Positions 23,470 through 37,719 of a DNA stretch of 64,000 nt are shown here, piece after piece. Numbering within the stretch: the stretch's first letter is position 1; each line of letters opens with the position of its first letter. The stretch lies in contig CM059432.1 in assembly GCA_030390025.1 (NCBI GenBank), positions 28,274,001 to 28,338,000 of the forward strand, given 5' to 3'. Made by a program: the position numbers and the translations under genes. This DNA comes from Squalus acanthias. Its lineage: Eukaryota. The notes under the pieces were generated by a model, which was given only the letters and a program-made list of their open reading frames with translations, searched no databases and was not told the DNA's origin.

Positions 23470-25114
23470 GCCCAACGCGTTTCCCGGCCAATTAGAGGAA
23501 GCTGGTCTGGTGACATCATTTCATGATGCGTCATTAGCCGGTTTCCTTAAAGGGACCATGGCCAACTTTCTTTTGACATTTGTGCTGTCAGTGTTCTACA
23601 GAACTGAGGTGCTACAAACACTGACAAGCACTTGCTCAGAGATGCAGGGCTGCACCCAGGCTCTCCCATGACTCCCTCCATTTGCTTATGGAGGGAGTCA
23701 CAGCACGCAGGGAGGTCCTTTTCCCTTCCGAAGGGCGGAAGAGACCTCCCCAGGAGATCAACACAGCCTGGCTGCACATTGCAGAGGAGGGCACAAGCTG
23801 GGACATGGTCAGGAGGACCTGGGTGCAGTGCCGCAAACGTTTCAATGATCTCAGTAGAACACGAAACATGAGTACAAAGCCACACTCAACCTCATCCTCT
23901 GTGCCTCTCATCACATCCCCATCACTCTGCCTTCCCTACCCTACTCGTGCACATCCATACTCACACCAACTTACCATGCACCTCCACCCATCCCTCTCTA
24001 TCTACATTATCACATCCCCATCTGACTAGCCACTCCTCACACTCACCCTCATGCTAATGCAATCATACCAACAACACACAAGGGTAGGCACTTGGGTATT
24101 TTAGCAAATGTTCATATAAAGTTTCTGTTAATGTGCCATCAAACATTGAAACCTTTATTTTCAACACTTTTGGTTCTTGAACAGATTTGTGTGCACCTTT
24201 GGAAGTGACTTAGTGAGTTGCAGCGAATGGTGAGACATAACGGTACCCCCCACAATGGTGATTAGTGAAAAAGGAATGGCTTGGGCATTGTAGGGATGCT
24301 TTATGGTGTTGGTGTGGGGTGGTGCCAACCTGGTGCATCATGTGGCAGCCAGGGTGTACAGCATCAAGTGAAGTAAATCTGGCCATGGTGAGGCCATCCC
24401 TGGCTTCCCAGGCAGCAATGTGGTCAGGTGCTGATGCCCTCTGTCCTGTGCAGCCTCAGGTGATTGCGGAGAAGGTTGGTGTGGTTTTTGATGCTGCTGG
24501 TGTGCCTGGTGATGCTGGTGTTGGGGTTGATCGTGGTGGGATTCTGAGGACCAAGGTGAGAGAGTTTCAAGGGTACCCATACTAATGGAATAGATGACAG
24601 GTGAAGTAGAGATGACAGAAGCGATCTGTCAATGGTGGGAGAGGTAATGAGGTCAGACTAAATGGAAACTTGCGCAAAGACTTGCAGCATCCTGAATCTG
24701 TAGTGGAAATGCAGTTTAGAGCAGCTGGTGGTTAAGGGAACATATCTCAATCAGCTGGGAGCTTTGACTTGACATTTGAAGCTGTCAATTCATCAGCTGA
24801 GTCAATGGCCACTGACCTCCCACCTCAGCTTCACAGACGAGGTCCAAGCACAGCGGGAAACCAGTGGGTGACCTGTCAAACCCAAAAAGCTGGGAAAAAA
24901 TGATTGATAAGTGGCTGTAAATAAGCCACTAATGATTTTAATTGCCTCCCCCGCCGCTGCGTGTCGGGTCTGCTCAGTGCTGACAGACCCAACATTTGGT
25001 AAAGTCGCATGGCAGCAGGTGTACAGTCGGGTCCCGACCCGCTGGGGAAAAAAAACACTTTCCCACCCGACCCGCCACCGATCACGCCCGCTGACCCCCC
25101 GCAAAATCCAATCC
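23470..25114. mobile_element. Truncated PIF/Harbinger transposon with Myb/SANT-like gene remnant (+)
   Basis: LMEGVTARREVLFP...WLHIAEE...TWVQCRKRFNDL (23682-23870); right terminus aaaatccaatcc abuts a CR1 fragment; left end not found. Confidence 0.7.
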
Positions 25115-25710
25115 TTTGTGTCCTCCTCACAGCTTACATTCCCACCTAGCTTTGTATTGTCAGCAAACTTGGATACCGTGCACTCGGTCCCTTCATCTAA
25201 ATCATTAATATAGATAATAAATAGCTGAGGCCCAAGCACTGATCCTTACGGCACCCCACTAGTTGCAGTCTGCCAACTGGAAAATGACCCATATATCACT
25301 ACTCTCTGTTTTCCGCCCGGTAACCAATCTTCTATCCATGCTAATATATTACCCCAACCCCATGAGCCCTTATCTTGCATAGCAACCTTTTATGTGGCAC
25401 CTTATTGAACGCCTTTTGGAAATCCAAATATACTACATCCACTGGTTCCCCTTTATCTACCCTGCTAGTTACATCCTCAAAAAACTCTAATAAATTTGTT
25501 AAACATGATTTCCCTTTCATAAAACCATGTTGACTCTGCCTAATCATATTATGATTTTCTAAGTGCCCTGTTAACACTTCCTTAATAATGAATTCCAGCA
25601 TTTTCCCGATGACTGATGTCAGGCTAACTGGCCTGTGGTTGCCTGTTTTCTCTCTCCCTCCTTTCTTGAATAGCGGAGTTACATTTGCTACCTTCCAATC
25701 CGCTGGGATT
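25115..25710 (-). mobile_element. CR1 LINE RT fragment
   Basis: DWKVANVTPLFKKG, QHGFMKGKSCLTNLLEFF, YLDFQKAF. Confidence 0.9.
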
Positions 25711-25761
25711 CCTGTGAAATGAAATGATGAAACCATCAGAGCAAACATGACCGTGGCTGAC

Positions 25762-25884
25762 CTGTGAGACAATCCAGAAGCTGCCTCTGACGATCAGCGT
25801 GTGCTGTCAAAACTTCAATGATTTCCGTGTCTTCAGAGTTCAGAAGCAGCTGGGATTGACTGATGCTGTCAAACTGTCGGAACA
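25762..25884 (-). CDS. TG: Thyroglobulin exon (~exon 23)
   Basis: tgcag|...|gtcagc, 123 bp, phase 1-1: VFRQFDSISQSQLLLNSEDTEIIEVLTAHADRQRQLLDCLT; keeps frame between neighbouring exons. Confidence 0.85.
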
Positions 25885-27009
25885 CTGCAGGCAGAAAAAT
25901 AAAGAACTGTGTTTTAAAAAACATAAGAAACCGTGGAATGAGAAAACGCCATTCAGTCCGTTAATTGGCACTTGGTGCCTGGTGATCCAAGTTGTGCAAA
26001 TTGAAAGAGATACCAGGCAGAGCATAGAAAGTGCCAATTAATGGAGAGTTTCCATATATTGGCTTTACACAATACCCCAGGCAGAGGCATGAAGACAAGT
26101 AGAATACAAGTAACAAGGGAAACATTATGAAGTACGTTTTAAGAGGTCAAGCAATGTAGCCCTTTTCCCTCTCTATGTCCCTTGATCAGCTTTCACTTCA
26201 TTTTAATATGAGGCAAATGATCCCTTAATACTGCAATCTATTTCTATCATGCCACCCAGCTAAAACTGTTGATCCTGCAGTTACCAAGCAAAATTCCAGA
26301 ATATTCAGCTCTCCTCAAATCTTCACTAATCAACCTTGGATTGCCCTCCTTCACAAACAACACCCTGCCCAATCGGCACCAATGTATCCTGTGAGTTATT
26401 TGATCAGCTCAGTCTACATGTATCACTAAAAACCTCTGATCCCGTTCCCAGATATTTATCCAACTTCATTTCTCTTCCTGTTAATGTTCTTCCCTGAATG
26501 AGAATGTCCAATGACCTGGGACCTTAGAGTGTGCACATAAAGCAGAGTCAACTGATTCCATTTGTGTTGGGAAAGTGCATATTTGAATATATCATGAATT
26601 AACCCTTACCGCACCATGGAGTACACACTTCCAGACACATTACTCTGGGGGCTGCCAAATAATGACTCATTAGTCAGTAGCAACTGTTTCATGTTTTGAT
26701 ACATAAAAACACAGCAGAGAGTGACCTCGTTGAAGCTACAATGTGATCACGTGTGTCATTTTTTGATTGACTAAACAAAAGTAGGCCCAGGACCTGTTTT
26801 GTTGTTGGCTTTTTAAAAAATGTTGCTTCAACCTCCAAAATGGATGGTAGGGGCTGGGAAGAAGAACATCGGCAGTGAAGTTTAGCCTTGAGAAGAATGG
26901 CTCAGCTACCTTCCAACCGATTACACACTTAGTTTGTATAATCTGGGAGACGACACTTTCCAGGGTAGAGTCTCAAAGGTAAATCACAATAGTAGTGACA
27001 GTCAGGAAG

Positions 27010-27552
27010 CCTGGTCTCCTTATTTAAGGAAGGATATAAATGCGTTGGAAGCAGTTCAGAGAAGGTTTACTAGACTAATACCTGGAATGGGCGGGTTGTC
27101 TTATGAGGAAAGGTTGAACAGGCTAGACTTGTATCCGCTGGAGTTTAGAAGAGTAAGAGGTGACTTGATTGAAACATATAAGATCCTGAGGGGTCTTGAC
27201 AGGGTGGATGTGAAGAGGATGTTTCCTCTTGTGGGAGAATCTAGAACTAGGGGTAACTGTTTAAAAACAAGGGGTCGCCTATTTAAGACAGAGATGAGGA
27301 GAAATTTTTTCTCACAGAGGGTTGTGAGTCTTTGGAACTCTCCTTCTCAGAGGGCGGTGGAAGCAGAGTCTTTGAATATTTTTAAGGCAGAGGTAGATAG
27401 ATTCTTGATAAGCAAGAGGGTGAAAGGTTATCGGGGGTAGGCGGGAATGTGGAGTAATCAGATTAGCCATGATCTTATTGAATGGCGGAGCAGGCTCGAG
27501 GGGCCGAGTGGCCTACTCCTGCTCCTAATTCGTATGTTCGTGTGTTCGTATG
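27010..27552 (+). mobile_element. CR1 LINE 3' fragment
   Basis: [25 protein letters not shown]...RGDLIETYKIL. Confidence 0.9.
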
Positions 27553-27688
27553 GACTAACAGATTTCAGGATTATGACTGACAATGTGGAAGCTGTTAATA
27601 TTCACTCAAATGCCAATAAACACACCCATTAATAAATTTTCACTGCAACCCAAAAAGGAATCAAATAACCTAAAATACATCTACTCAC

Positions 27689-27859
27689 CAATACAATCTG
27701 ACTCAGTGAGGGTTCCATTGGTCTCAGTCCAGGCTAATTGCACTCCATTCGCAGTGACGCAGAAAGATTTCTGAGCGCTGGCATCTTGCTGAGTAGCTCT
27801 ATACCGTCCTTGCGGGTCACACTTTGGACCCCAGGGACTGATTTCGCACTCTGTTAAAC
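27689..27859 (-). CDS. TG: Thyroglobulin exon (~exon 22), last type-1 repeat
   Basis: aacag|...|gtgagt, 171 bp: LTECEISPWGPKCDPQGRYRATQQDASAQKSFCVTANGVQLAWTETNGTLTESDCI. Confidence 0.94.
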
Positions 27860-28431
27860 CTGTTAGGGTCAGATAGGTAAATGTATGAAGCATCTGGGAA
27901 CTGGTTAATGGAGCGGAAAAAATTTCTTACCGGGGAATGTTAACTTTCCCCCATTGGCGAGAAGGGAGCAAGGGGGCTCCACTGCCCACTCCGTTTCCGC
28001 CAATCTGCGGTTCTATTGCCACTAGTTTTGATGGCGGAGGAGGCTCCCGTTGGACACTGGCAAGAGCCTCATTAATAAAAGCAAATCGAGGTATCATGAT
28101 GTATGTGGAACCCCGATGGTAGTTTAATACGCTCCTGAGCAGAGCACACACCTTTGCTGTCCTGCGAGGTGAAGTTGTTAGGAACCCAGCGAAGGAAAAT
28201 AATAACTTTCCTTATTGGGGCCCGGAGTAGCAGGAGTGTCAAGGAAAGTCTGAGCCTCTGCTTCCTGGGGGTTCCCACCCCTCCCCCTTTCAACCATGAG
28301 ACCCTCATAACAACCCTCTCCCGGACTTATCTTGCTGCCCACAGCTTCTCCCGATGCCACCAGCTGTCTCTTTCCGCTGGGAACGGCCGAGCAGCTGAGC
28401 GACGGCATTCAAACAAGGCCCTGCAGTTAAT

Positions 28432-29178
28432 GGCCCAGAAATTTGACTCGGAGGCTTGCCGCGGGGGTAAGGATCTTGCGCGATATCGCACTCCGCGCCG
28501 GCCGTTGTATTTTGGGCCCAACGAACTTCATTTCCTGGGCCTCTCCCTGGTGCCGGCGCGCAGTGTGTGCGTGTCCCAGAGGCGCAGTTAGTTCGATGCG
28601 ACCTCTAGGATCATGTGGGCCATGGAGAGCCAATGGCAGCACATCATCTTTCATTCATAGATTTGACAGGAGAACTGTCAAAACTATGAATACAAATTGC
28701 CCCCAAAAGAACAGCTAAACCTCAAATAAATTTTTAAAAAACCCATCACATTAATAAAATAACTATAGTTAAATAAATTAACCACTTTAAACAAAAATTT
28801 AAATTTGTGAAAAAATTTAAATTCTTTTTAAAAGTTATAAAAATAAACTTACCTTTCTTTAAAGTCTCTAAAAAAGATAAACCTGTTGAAAAAAATTTAA
28901 AATAACTATTAATTAAAAGGGGGTCTTACGCCTCCTTTCTTCATGTGTAAAATATTCCATACTTACCTTCGCGTTGAAACCTGAAAAAAAACCTAAGTGT
29001 GCTGCGTGCGCACAGCCTGTAGTGCGCACGCGGTTCACTTAGGAACCGCCCCCTTCACCATACTGGAAGTGCCGGTTTCCCGCGCATGCGCAGTGCATGC
29101 AGGAAACCGGCACTTCGGGACCGAATACGCGAGAGTACACAATTCGTACTCTCCCGTATTCAGCCGAATTTTTGGGCC
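28432..29178. mobile_element. Harbinger-like MITE nested in an older related element (~27920-29253)
   Basis: TIR ggcccagaaattt / ggcccaaaaattc, TSD AAT; a second terminus aaaatcggccc ends at 29253. Confidence 0.75.
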
Positions 29179-29677
29179 AATATCTGACGAGCTTCCGCCT
29201 CAAACTCCCGCACGGAATTGATGTCAGCTCCCGTCGGGAGTTAAAATCGGCCCTTCAGACAAAGTAGGAGACTGTGAGGTGACCTCATTGAAGTTTCTAG
29301 AGAATGTCAATCAGGAAGGACTGTTCATTGTGGCAAAGGGTTCAAACACCAGGACATTAAAAATTAGTAGGTTAGCAGTAAGAATAGAATTGAGTTTGTA
29401 CAAAGGGTAATAAATTAGCGGACTAAGGTATCACCAAGACCAATTTAAGTTTGCAGTATGAATGGATTGAAGAGGCAATTAGATGTAGCTCTGGAGAGAT
29501 TAGGGATCGCGGGATATAGTGAGAAGGCGAGTAGGTGAGGTTGATCTATCAAAAATGAATGAGCTAGATGACCTTTTCCTGTTGCTAAACATGTTTAACC
29601 AAGAAATTATTGTTGGCGGTGGAACACATTTGTATCACAGTCCTCTGTCTGCTTTTTCAGCAGGTGCTTTCATTGAT

Positions 29678-31672
29678 TTAGAATAATGGGCCAGCACCTG
29701 CATTAAAATGTAATAATGTGCATCAACAATATTGTCAACATTAATTTCTAGGTTGTTATGTTCTTAATACTGATCCATTTGGTACATGTGACAGCAATTA
29801 TAAAGGCTGGATGGACTCAGTAGCCAAGCACATATTCTGGGGCTCAGTAGAGATTGATTCAGTATAAGACTGGGCTCTGCTCCTTTTTCTTCTAATTACA
29901 GACTAACAAAACACAGAGGGACCTAATTTTATTCGCGCCCCAAACTGGACGTGATTCCAGTGGCGCCCCGGAACGGAGAGGCCCGAGGACCGAACTAAAT
30001 CTGTCCTCGAGCCTCGTCATAATGATTCAGGCGGGTTACCAAGTTAACCCCATGCCGAGGCCGGGAGGGGTTTGGAGGTGATCGGGAGGGGAGGGGGACA
30101 ACGGGGGGCTGGCAGGAGCCCGCAGTAGCTTTATGGAATCGGGAGGAGCACCCTTGCTCCATCCAGCTCCTCAAATACCACATTGCTGGGAGTTTTGGTA
30201 CCTTTTTTTGAGCGGCCTCCAGCGATCCTGGAAATACCAGTCAAAGCTTACGCATCGCAAGGTCCGTTAGGGCAAGTAAATTTTACAAAACGCATCTGAA
30301 ATGGGCACAGGAGCCTTATTTCAGTATTGAGATGAGGCCTGTGCCCATTTCAGGCAGCTGCCAGGGCCGTCTTAAGAAAAAAAGGCCCTGATCAATTTAG
30401 CAGTTGCCCGAACGCCCGTGCAGATTGGACGCAGGTCTCCACCCGTGTAAATTGGTTATCGTAGCACCTGTTTCAGGCCCATAAAATGTTTAATTTAGAC
30501 CATTGGCCTTCCCGGGGTTGTGAGAGTGAAAAATCAGCCATGGTTCCCGCTCCTGATCGCTATACAGAAAATGCTTGTGTGCATGTTGAGGACAGTTGGC
30601 CGTGGCGCGAGCAGCAGTTGGTATCCTGCCAACACTCAGTGTCCAGGGTCAATCACAAGGAATGGCTTCTTGGGTGAGGCACTGGAGGGCACTTTTGAAA
30701 GGGAAATGACACACGAGTCCTTGCCTTCAGGAGAAGAGGATAGCGAAAAAAACATTCAGGGAAAAAAAATCTTGAAGAGTAAATCAAAGAGTCTACAGTT
30801 GGATGCTGCGTGCTGAATATCCCACATTTCCATTGCTGGGATCAACAACTATTCCAGGAATTCATTATTTCTGTTCTTTGATGGCTAAGGAAGGCGGATT
30901 GCACACTCTGTGTGTGACCACAGACCATAACACCAGATGACTGGTTCCTGCTTCCAATTTTTAAATCATTAGCAACTTTTAACAGTGTCACTCTTGCAAA
31001 CCCTGTGGTCTCAGGTTTTTGAGCCATGGAGCTTGAGAAATGTCAATCAGGCAGCTCAGGCACATGCAATACTCAGAATACACTACTGCTGAGCATTTAT
31101 CCCCCAACTAACACCACCAAAACAGATTATCTGGTCATTTATCTCACTGCTGTTTGTGGGACTTGATGTGTGTATTTGAGGAGTCGGATGGAGCAAGGGT
31201 GCTCCTCCTGATTCCATAAAGCTACTGCGGGCTGCTACCAGCCCCCCTTCATCCCCTTCTCCTCCCGATCGCCTCCAAACCCCTCCCGGCCTCGGCATGG
31301 GGTTAACTTGGTAACCCGCCTGAATCATTATGACGAGGCTCGAGGACAGATTTAGTTCGGTCCTCGGGCATCTACGTCCCAGGGCGCCACTGGAATCACG
31401 TCCAGTTTGGGGTGCGAACAAATTTAGGCCCCGCTGTGTTTTTTTAGTCTGTAATTAGAAGAAAAAGGATCAGAACCCAGTCTTATACTGAATCAATCTC
31501 TACTGAGCCCCAGAATATGTGCTTGGCTACTGAGTCCATCCTGTCTTTATAATTGCTGTCACATGTACCAAATGGATCAGTATTAAGAACATAACAACCT
31601 AGAAATTAATGTTGTCAATATTGTTGATGAACATTATGGCATTTTCATGCAGGTGTTGGCCCATTATTCTAA
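29678..31672. repeat. Inverted duplication, ~501-bp arms (29678-30178 / 31172-31672)
   Basis: Arms are reverse complements with scattered mismatches. Confidence 0.9.
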
Positions 31673-32462
31673 CACCCCACTCCCCGTGAAACTCTTACCC
31701 CACGTAAAACACCACACTGGTGAAACTCCTCTTCCTGTGAACTCTCAATCTCTGAACCCCGCCACCACCCCCCGCCCCCCCACTCCTGTGCAGAGCTGTA
31801 TTTTACATTACAGTGACTACACTTCAACGGTACTTCATTGACTGTGAAGCACTGTGGGACATGAGGATTTGAAAGTTGCTATATGAATGCCTGTTCTTTC
31901 ATTCTTTTCCTTCTTAGCTGGATATGTTCAGTTAAATATGTTTAACATCATAAACATATTCTAGAAGGCCATAGTGGGTGGTGGGGGGCGTAGAGAGATT
32001 GGAGTTGGGGTGGAGAGATCGGGGCGGGGAGCGGGGAGGGGAGAAAGATTGGAGGCCATGGATGGGGAAAGAGACAGGAGACTATAGTGGGGGGGAGAGA
32101 GCGGAGACTATGGTGGCGGAAGAGATCGGAGACTATGGTGGCGGAAGAGATCGGAGACTATGACGGCAGAAGAGATCGGAGGCCGGGAGGGAATGAAATC
32201 GGAGGCCTGGGGTATGGGGGAGAGATCGGAGGCTGCTGGGGAGAGGGAGATCAGAGGCCAGTGGTTGGTGGGGAGGCGGGGGGGAGTAGAGTGGGGAGAG
32301 ATCAGATGCCAGGGACAGGAGAGCGATCAGAGGCAGGGGGTCGGGGAAAGAGATTGTAGGCCGGGGGGGGGTGGGAGGAAAGAGGGCAGAGGGAAATGTT
32401 AGATGGTAAGGCAGGGAACTAGAAAAGAGGAAAATATATTCAATATGGAATCAAATACTTAC

Positions 32463-32612
32463 ACTGATGGGCTGAAAAAGCTCCAGGAGACACCGTCTTT
32501 CTTCCTGCTGGGCATTTGCTACACTTCATGCTTGCTGCGTCCTCCTGATAGAATCCATGGGGGCACAGAATACAGCTGCCACCCTGGGAAAAGCTGCCAG
32601 CTGGGCACACAA
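32463..32612 (-). CDS. TG: Thyroglobulin exon (~exon 21), type-2 repeats
   Basis: tatag|...|gtaagt, 150 bp: VCPAGSFSQGGSCILCPHGFYQEDAASMKCSKCPAGRKTVSPGAFSAHQ. Confidence 0.95.
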
Positions 32613-33237
32613 CTATAAAAGAGAAGGACCACAATTATCCATCTGCTTGCAGAGTAAATAAGGAATCAGCTTCAACATCACACAACTGAAATGCAATATT
32701 AAATTAATCGCCAAAGAGATTTTTTTTATCAGCTTAATTTGTACTCATCCAAGTGAGGAATGTCAGTTTTCACACTTTATGCTCAATAATCACTCACGGG
32801 TCTGATACCCATCAAACCTCCCTCTACAGTATCTCACGGAGCACTCACAGGCCAGGTATGATATGGATCATACACAGAGTAAATGTTCCTCTACACTATC
32901 TCACTGAGCACTCACAGGCCAGGTATAATGCTAATTATATACATAGTGAACAATCCTCTGCAAACTACCTCAAATTCATGATATAATTGAAGAGGCCTCA
33001 ACATGGCCCCTCCTAGGTTGTTTGTGACCTATAGTTATGAAGCATAAAACAAAAAGAAACATTATCTCTACACTCTGGGCCTCTGTACCACATGGTTCAC
33101 ACTCACTCTGTCATTATCTCCCTACTCTCGGGCTGTGTGCTCCATTGTCCACACTCACCCTGTCACTATTTCCATTCTCTTAGCCTGTGTGCTCTATTGT
33201 TCACATTCACCTTGCCACTAACTCCCTACTCAAAGCT

Positions 33238-34566
33238 GTAATTGAAAAACACCTAGAAACTTAAACTATTAAAAAGAGTAGTCAGCATGGTTTTCAAAAG
33301 GGAGGGTTATGCTTGACCAACCTTATTAAATGATTTGAAGAAGTGACAGACAGAGTAGACAAGGGTAATGTAGTAGATGTAATATATTTGGATTTTCAAA
33401 AGGCCTTCAATAAGGTACTGCATAGTAGACTCATGACTAAGGTCAGAGCATATGGAGTCAGAGGACAGGTAGCAGAATGGATAGCACTCTGGCTACAAAA
33501 TAGAAAACAGAGTAGGGGTTAAGGCAGCTACTGAGACTGGTAAAAGGTAGGAAGTGGTGTTCCACAGGGATCAGTGCTGGGACCACTGTTGTTCACAATT
33601 TACATTAACGATTTGGACTCGGGAATTGGAAGTGCAATTTCAAAATTTGCGGACAACACCAAATTGGGGGGTGTAGTTAACACAAAGGAAGAATGTGACA
33701 AAATACAAGAGGACATTAATAAACTTGCAGAATGGGTGTGTAATTGGCAAATGAATTTCAATATAGATAAGAGTGAGGTGGTGCATTTTGGTAGGAAGAA
33801 TAAAGAGGCCACAAACGACTTGTATAATAAGTCTAAATGGGGTACAGGAGCAAAGGGAACTAGGGGTACAGACACTCAAATCACTAAAAGTAGCGATGCA
33901 AGTTAATAAGGCCATTAAAAAAAAGCAAACCAAGCACTGGTGTTCATTTCTAGAGGGATAGAATTGAAAAGCAGAGAAGTTATGTTAAACTTGTATCGAA
34001 CCTTGATTAGACCACACTTGGAGTACTGTGAATAGTTCTGGTCTCCATATTATAAGAAGGATATATAGGCACTGGAGAAGGTGCAAAAAAGATTCACATG
34101 AATGATACCAGAACTGAGAGAATATATTTATCAGGAAAGGCTGAAAAGGCTGGGGCTCTTTTCTCTAGAAAAAAGAAGGCTGAGGGGTGACCTGATAGAG
34201 ATCTTTAGGATAATAAAAGGGTTTGATAGGGTAGACGTAGAGAAGATGTTTCCACTTGTGGGGGAGTCCAAAACTAGAGGTCATAAATATAAGCTCGTCA
34301 CTGATAAATTCAATGGGGAATTCAGGATAAACTTCTTTCCCACAGAGTGGTAAGAATGTGGAGCATGCTACCACAAGGAGTAGTTGAGGAAAATAGCATA
34401 GATGCAATTAAGGGGAATCTAGATAAGCGCATGAGGGAAAAAGAATAGAAGGAGATGCTAATAGGGTTGATGAAGTGGGGTGGGAGGAGGCTCATGTGGA
34501 GCATAAATGTCAGCATAGACTAGTTAGGCCGAATGGCCTGTTTCTCTGCTGTAGACTTGATGTAAC
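33238..34566 (+). mobile_element. CR1 LINE 3' half, decayed
   Basis: LGPLLFTIYINDLD...KFADNTKLG; LGLFSLEKRRLRGDLIE. Confidence 0.9.
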
Positions 34567-34573
34567 TCAATGT

Positions 34574-35686
34574 ACTCTGAGCCTGTGTGCTCCATTGGTC
34601 ACACTCACCCTGTCACTATCTCCATACTCTGAGCCTGTGTGCTCCATTGGTCACACTCACCCTGTCACTATCTCCATACATTGAGCCTGTGTGCTCCATT
34701 GGTCACACTCACCCTGTCACTATCTCCATACATTGAGCCTGTGTGCTCCATTGGTCACACTCACCCTGTCACTATTTCCATACATTGAGCCTGTGTGCTC
34801 CATTGGTCACACTCACCCTGTCACTATCTCCATACTCTGAGCCTGTGTGCTCCATTGGTCACACTCACCCTGTCACTATCTCCATACTCTGAGCCTGTGT
34901 GCTCCATTGGTCACACTCACCCTGTCACTATCTCCATACACTGAGCCTGTGTGCTCCATTGGTCACACTCACCCTGTCACTATCTCCATACACTGAGCCT
35001 GTGTGCTCCATTGGTCACACTCACCCTGTCACTATCTCCATACACTGAGCCTGTGTGCTCCATTGGTCACACTCACCCTGTCACTATCTCCATACATTGA
35101 GCCTGTGTGCTCCATTGGTCACACTCACCCTGTCACTATCTCCATACATTGAGCCTGTGTGCTCCATTGGTCACACTCACCCTGTCACTATTTCCATACA
35201 TTGAGCCTGTGTGCTCCATTGGTCACACTCACCCTGTCACTATCTCCATACTCTGAGCCTGTGTGCTCCATTGGTCACACTCACCCTGTCACTATCTCCA
35301 TACACTGAGCCTGTGTGCTCCATTGGTCACACTCACCCTGTCACTATCTCCATACTCTGAGCCTGTGTGCTCCATTGGTCACACTCACCCTGTCACTATC
35401 TCCATACACTGAGCCTGTGTGCTCCATTGGTCACACTCACCCTGTCACTATCGCCATACACTGAGCCTGTGTGCTCCATTGGTCACACTCACCCTGTCAC
35501 TATTTCCATACATTGAGCCTGTGTGCTCCATTGTTCACACTCACCCTGTCACTATCTCCATACTCTGAGCCTGTGTGCTCCATTGGTCACACTCACCCTG
35601 TCACTATTTCCATACATTGAGCCTGTGTGCTCCATTGTTCACACTCACCCTGTCACTATCTCCATACTCTGAGCCTGTGTGCTCCA
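34574..35686. repeat. 52-bp minisatellite (~21 copies); degenerate copies at 33060-33237
   Basis: Unit gagcctgtgtgctccattggtcacactcaccctgtcactatctccatacact. Confidence 0.95.
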
Positions 35687-37719
35687 AGGTTGACATTCAG
35701 GACCTGTTCAGCCTATCATTATTTTCATTTTATCATCTCTTGGCATTCATACGAGATCCTTTCCACAAAGGAGCAGATCAAATGCAGTTAAAAGAAAGAA
35801 CTTGCATTTATATAGCACATTTCACGACCTTGGGACATCTCAAAGTGCTTAAAGTGAATTAATTAGTTTTGAAATATAGTCACTGTTGTAATGTAGGAAA
35901 CACAACAGCCAATTTGCACACAGCAAAGTCCCACAATCAGCAACGTGATAATGGCCAGATAATCTGTTTTAGTGATGTTGGTTGAGGGATCAATATTGGC
36001 CAGGACACAAGGAGAACTCCTCTGTTCGTTTTTGAAATAGTGCCATTGGATCTTTTATATCCACCTGAGATGGCAGAATGATTTAATGTCTCATCTGACA
36101 GACAGCACCTCCAACACTGCAGCACTCCCTCAGTGCTGCACTGATGTATCAGCCTCGATTGCACGCTCAAGTCTCTGGAGTGGGGCTTGAACCCACAACC
36201 TTGTATCTCCGAGACGAGAGTGCTACCCACTGAGACAGGGCTGACATCTGATGGAATGAAAATCTCCTATGGATGGAAGGGTTTGGGCAGTCTCAATCCA
36301 GTTGCTGGTAGCAATGGGCCTACATCAGAAAACTGGCAGTAGTTGGGAATCAGGATGATATGTGTGGAAAATTGAAACAGCATCAGACTGGTGCAGTAAG
36401 GTGTGCTCTTCTGAGGCTAGGCTGAGGCTTATTGTTGGGGCAGAGTACAAGGAAATTCACTCTGCATCTGGCTGTACCTGATCTGGGAGGACCCAACCCT
36501 GGACACTTGAAATAGGAAGCATACAGGAAAAAAAATCATTTCCTTCTCCCACCCAGCTGATGGATGACCCTCACCCCCCTCCGGTCCCATTCTCCCATAC
36601 TAGACAGTGTACAAATTTGTGTGGCTATCAAGTGAAGGCAGAATCAGGTTTAGCGGTGATGCCCTCACAATCAAATAGGCTACTACATTCAATCAAGGCT
36701 CACATGTGAAAAAGGGCAACGCGGGTAAGATACAGATGGCAGCCAGCACCTGTAGGCCATGAGCCCAGCAAGAGCCCTCCCCTTCAAGAGAGGAGGGGAG
36801 AAAATTGAGAAAATAGGCAAATAATTTGTAATTTATACAACATTTTCTGATAATGCTCCCATCTGAATATTTCTCCTTCCCAAAATACTAGCTCAGAGAA
36901 AATGGTGGAAGGAATTTTATTTTTGATGGGGAGTGTTACACGGAAAAAAGCATTAAGATTCTTAGGCACAACTTTGCAACTGGGATCAGGGAGTGGTTGC
37001 TGTGATCGAGGCCAGCTGCCAACAGACTTACTACTGAGGGGCCATTTGAAAGAGAGAAATTTTTCCTGACTGCCCACGATAATGCGAAAACATTGGAGTC
37101 TCGCAACAAAAGGTGCATTATAGTGACATCGGCTTTGCAAAGGAGGTTTTATTTCTGTGAATTTTTTTTTGTGTGAAAGTTGAGAGTTGTCAGTGAACAT
37201 TTTCCAATTTGAGCATTCATTGTCAGCAGCAAGATCAGTTATAGAAAGATGCAGTGTAAGTTCCAACTACTCTGTCCCAGCCCCAGCTTGAAAAGTGCAT
37301 CCCCTACTGAACCAGTGTGACATTTCTCCCACACCAGCCACCCTGTGGCCAACATAGTGCCAATTAGTACTGATTCAGGGGTGGTTTTGTGTTTCAGAGC
37401 TGGCTGAGTCTGTCCAGACTCCTTGAGACATCAGAGCCAAGAAGTGAGGTTGAAGAGCCTGGGACTGTTTACTCTGGAGAAGAGAAGGCTCTGAGGGAAG
37501 AGGAGCTATTATTCAAGTTTTCAAGATTCTTAAGGGAATAGATAAACTGAACCTTGATAAGAAAGAAAGACGTTTATTTATATAGTGCCTTTCGTGGCCA
37601 ATGAAGTATTCTATGAAGTATAGACATTGTTGTAATGTAGAAAATGTGGTAGCCAATATGCGCACAGCGAGGTCCTACAAACAGTAACAAAATAAATGAC
37701 CAGATAATCTGTTTTACAA

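Noticed and set aside
31960..32400. G-rich purine tract with short ORFs near the exon ~21 donor
   Set aside because: Low-complexity degenerate gagatcgga repeats; no coding evidence
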